From NCBI RefSeq assembly GCF_000698785.1, contig NZ_CP007536.1, positions 1,590,001-1,622,000 of the forward strand: a DNA stretch of 32,000 nucleotides. The letters run 5' to 3'. The position numbers and the translations under genes were made by a program. This document shows positions 29,878 through 32,000 of this stretch, one piece after another (the stretch's first letter is position 1; each line of letters opens with the position of its first letter). Source of the DNA: Nitrososphaera viennensis EN76 (GTDB taxonomy: Archaea; Thermoproteota; Nitrososphaeria; Nitrososphaerales; Nitrososphaeraceae). The notes under the pieces were generated by a model. It did no database searches and was not told the DNA's origin. It saw nothing but the letters and a program-made list of their open reading frames with translations.

Positions 29878-30000
29878 CTACTGCTGCTTCCGGGAAGTAT
29901 CTTGGTGGAATCTCTTGAGGTGGTACTTCAGTTGCCCCTCACTTCCGCCCACGTCCTTGTTGCAGTAAACACATCTCCAAACTTCTTTGATTATTCCCAC
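29878..30000 (-). CDS. C2H2 zinc-finger mini-protein (40 aa, GTG start), divergent from amoC
   Basis: (V)GIIKEVWRCVYCNKDVGGSEGQLKYHLKRFHQDTSRKQQ, with an AT-rich TATA-like stretch upstream on the minus strand. Not in the ORF track. Confidence 0.4.
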   Translation of the reverse strand: MGIIKEVWRCVYCNKDVGGSEGQLKYHLKRFHQDTSRKQQ

Positions 30001-30270
30001 TTCGTCATTTCAAGAAGACATAATTTTAAAAAATTTACAATCCTGCAAAAATTGCCTATGTCGGCTTTTGCCAAGCCGCTTCATAACTCTTTAAGCATAC
30101 TCCTTATCTTGTTTCTTCCCTCTTGCGGACGACGACGTAACTTGGAAAAATAAAAAGATATTTTGCAGAGTTTCTTTTCGCTCTTATTGCTCCTCTCAAG
30201 CGCATCAACTTGCTCGCCTGTGAGAAAAGGAGCTTATACTGATGGCCGCGGCAGCATCTGAAATAGACAA

Positions 30271-30285
30271 GTCTGCAGTGCAGAC
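30271..30285. promoter_or_regulatory. Inverted repeat GTCTGCA-g-TGCAGAC
   Basis: 7-bp arms at 30271-30277 and 30279-30285, in the amoC upstream region. Confidence 0.4.
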
Positions 30286-30388
30286 ATCATGACTCCAATA
30301 TCGCGACCAAGAAATAGAATTAGAAAAGTCGCAGTCTCTGCAAACACCGAGAAACGAGCATTATCTTGAAATGCAGTAAAGCAGAGTC

Positions 30389-30442
30389 TGCACATGCATG
30401 CACTTTATTGCAGGGATTTGCATGGAAATGCATGTTTTTGCA
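30389..30442. promoter_or_regulatory. Helically phased array of six TGCA motifs (exact 10-bp period)
   Basis: TGCA at 30389, 30399, 30409, 30419, 30429 and 30439, plus one at 30395. Those at 30395, 30419 and 30429 extend to TGCATG. Lies about 195-250 bp upstream of the amoC ATG. Confidence 0.6.
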
Positions 30443-30636
30443 AAGAATGCCTATCGATATTATAAATCATTATTGCTCATCCTGAACAACATATAATTTC
30501 TATAATAACTAGCTCTTGTCAGTGTGACTAATAGCACAGTATCCAATGCATGTCTGTAAAATGTATATCATTACTTGTAGATTTTGCAACACAAGTAATT
30601 AGAATTACGATTTTCTATAAATGGCGAGGAACTAAA

Positions 30637-31200
30637 ATGGCACAAATGCCTGCACTGATACCAAAAGAAGTCGAAATACAGAGGCTGAAAAAGATCTACA
30701 TCTTTGTCATATGCCTTGGTTCTATCGCAGCCTCCGTCGAAGTCGACAACTTCGTCGATGGCTCGCTGCACCAGACTGCAATCAGAGACTCGGCCTTCAC
30801 GCCGGCCCACTGGTGGCTGTACAGCCACTTCGTGGCCCTTCCAATCGGCTGGGGCATGGTGGCCATGTACGATAGAAGGGTCCCGGTACTCAGAGGTCCA
30901 GGCAACTCGATGAACACGGGCTTGAAGATAACCATCATTGGCTATCTGGCAACCATGTTCACCATAGGTGTGAATGAACTCTGGCACTTCTGGTTCGTGG
31001 AAGAAATCTTCTCCGTTCCGAACCACTGGATGTTCAACATGGGTGTCGTAGTGGCATTCATGGGCGCTCTGGCCTATGTCGTCAGAGTGTACGCCAGACT
31101 GGTGGAACTGGGTGCAGAAACACCAGCAAAGAACCCGTATGTAGCAGAGTTGTACAAGCTAGCGCTGGAAGGCAAGCTGTACAGCAGGTCGATACCGTAG
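30637..31200 (+). CDS. amoC: Ammonia monooxygenase subunit C (archaeal type), solitary copy
   Basis: MAQMPALIPKEVEIQRLKK...FVDGSLHQTAIRDSAFTPAHWWLYSHFVALP...NELWHFWFVEEIFSVPNHWMFN...YSRSIP matches archaeal AmoC along its whole length. The longer ORF from 30550 is unlikely. TATAAA at 30616-30621. Confidence 0.9.
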   Translation: MAQMPALIPKEVEIQRLKKIYIFVICLGSIAASVEVDNFVDGSLHQTAIRDSAFTPAHWWLYSHFVALPIGWGMVAMYDRRVPVLRGPGNSMNTGLKITIIGYLATMFTIGVNELWHFWFVEEIFSVPNHWMFNMGVVVAFMGALAYVVRVYARLVELGAETPAKNPYVAELYKLALEGKLYSRSIP

Positions 31201-31275
31201 GAAAGAACAAACGAACAAAAAAGAGACATACATACACACACCGAGATAGAGGGAGAGAATATACGCATCTGTGCT

Positions 31276-31325
31276 GAGGACAGGGAGGGACTGTGCTGGT
31301 TTCCCTGTCCTCATTTTCTTTTCTT
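31276..31325 (+). terminator. Hairpin plus T-rich tract downstream of amoC
   Basis: GAGGACAGGGA (31276-31286) pairs with TCCCTGTCCTC (31302-31312), then attttcttttctt. Lies between the convergent amoC and RHH copy C. Confidence 0.5.
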
Positions 31326-31342
31326 AAAACAAATAGAGAAGG

Positions 31343-31900
31343 TCAGTTTTTGTATTCGAGCGATACAAGCGAGTCGCTTATGAAAAAAACTGGCGCTTTT
31401 CCAAACGCCTCCAGCGTAGACTCGAGCATTATCTTCAGGTAGAGGGACCAGTTCTTTCCCAGATCGTGTTTTATGATTATGTTATGGCCGCCGTCTTCTC
31501 GCGTGCGGTGCGCGACTTCGCAGCCCGAATTCTTCATCCTCATCTCGATCCATGAAATGAATGCATCAGAATTGAATCTGCCCTGTACAAAGATTGACAT
31601 ATCGATGGCGGTACTCTTTCCAATTCCATTTGCAAGCTTTTCGACCTCGTCCTGGTTCATACTTGCAAATATGCTTGCCAGCACCGGTTTTGGAAACGGC
31701 ATCATTCCAATCTTGGATTCAAACAGGTCCCATTCAACATGCTGGCGCAATACCTGGTTAATGTATGCGTTAAGGCTTGTCTGCCTTTTTTCTGATTCTG
31801 CGCGCAGTTTCTTCATTACGGCCGAACTGACACGAAAAGTTGCATTGACAGAGTCTTCATGAAACGTGCTACTATCTTCTTTGAAATCAGCTTCATGCAT
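31343..31900 (-). CDS. RHH (CopG-like) + KWSLY-domain protein, copy C
   Basis: NATFRVSSAVMKKLRAESEKRQTSLNAYINQVLRQHVEW ... IKHDLGKNWSLYL. Convergent with amoC. Confidence 0.75.
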   Translation of the reverse strand: MHEADFKEDSSTFHEDSVNATFRVSSAVMKKLRAESEKRQTSLNAYINQVLRQHVEWDLFESKIGMMPFPKPVLASIFASMNQDEVEKLANGIGKSTAIDMSIFVQGRFNSDAFISWIEMRMKNSGCEVAHRTREDGGHNIIIKHDLGKNWSLYLKIMLESTLEAFGKAPVFFISDSLVSLEYKN

Positions 31901-32000
31901 ATGTGTATGTGCATATGTACAATCTATGGTCTGTAATTATAGTCTAGGTTAACCATGTTAACTGTCTGAAGCAGCGCCGCGCGATGCAGGCCCGGCAAAA

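Noticed and set aside
30360-30450. His/Cys-rich 37-aa minus-strand ORF (MHFHANPCNKVHACADS...) across the TGCA array
   Set aside because: The His/Cys/Ala content is a direct consequence of translating repeated TGCA/CATGCA. There is no start context, so the repeat is more parsimoniously a DNA-level signal.
1-32000. tRNA, rRNA and CRISPR arrays
   Set aside because: I scanned the intergenic regions by eye for T-loop signatures (GGTTCGAATCC/GGTTCAAATCC and their complements) and for regularly spaced direct repeats, and found none. A by-eye scan cannot exclude an atypical or intron-containing tRNA.

Overview
The window looks like a chromosomal segment of an ammonia-oxidising thaumarchaeon of the Nitrososphaera type. 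This is an inference from three things: an archaeal-type AmoC, an ESCRT-III/CdvB homologue, and many tiny zinc-finger ORFs. I saw no rRNA, tRNA or CRISPR array.

Recognisable genes, by region:
- Left part: cbiF/cobM-like corrin methylase, cdvB-like ESCRT-III gene, three secreted or anchored proteins (a CE4 polysaccharide deacetylase and a lectin/lyase-like protein among them), and a MurI-like racemase.
- Middle: an AT-richer patch of transposase debris (10372-12195), uppS, a 683-aa secreted protein with an acidic tail, and a CPA2 antiporter.
- 21.5-23 kb: a beta-carbonic-anhydrase-like mini protein next to an MDR reductase.
- Right part: TerC, a PepSY protein, a DUF4242 protein, and a solitary amoC.

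Main leads:
1. Six TGCA motifs spaced exactly 10 bp apart lie upstream of amoC.
2. A gene triad occurs twice, at TerC and at AmoC: a C2H2 mini-protein, a polytopic membrane protein, and a ribbon-helix-helix (RHH) protein with a KWSLY motif.
3. Both catalytic cysteines of the MurI-like protein are replaced by serine.
4. A membrane protein and two overlapping zinc-ribbon micro-ORFs sit inside the IS debris.
5. Four unrelated proteins end in QQQ.
6. Several genes are split or decayed.

All functions are inferred by eye from motifs; no searches were run.
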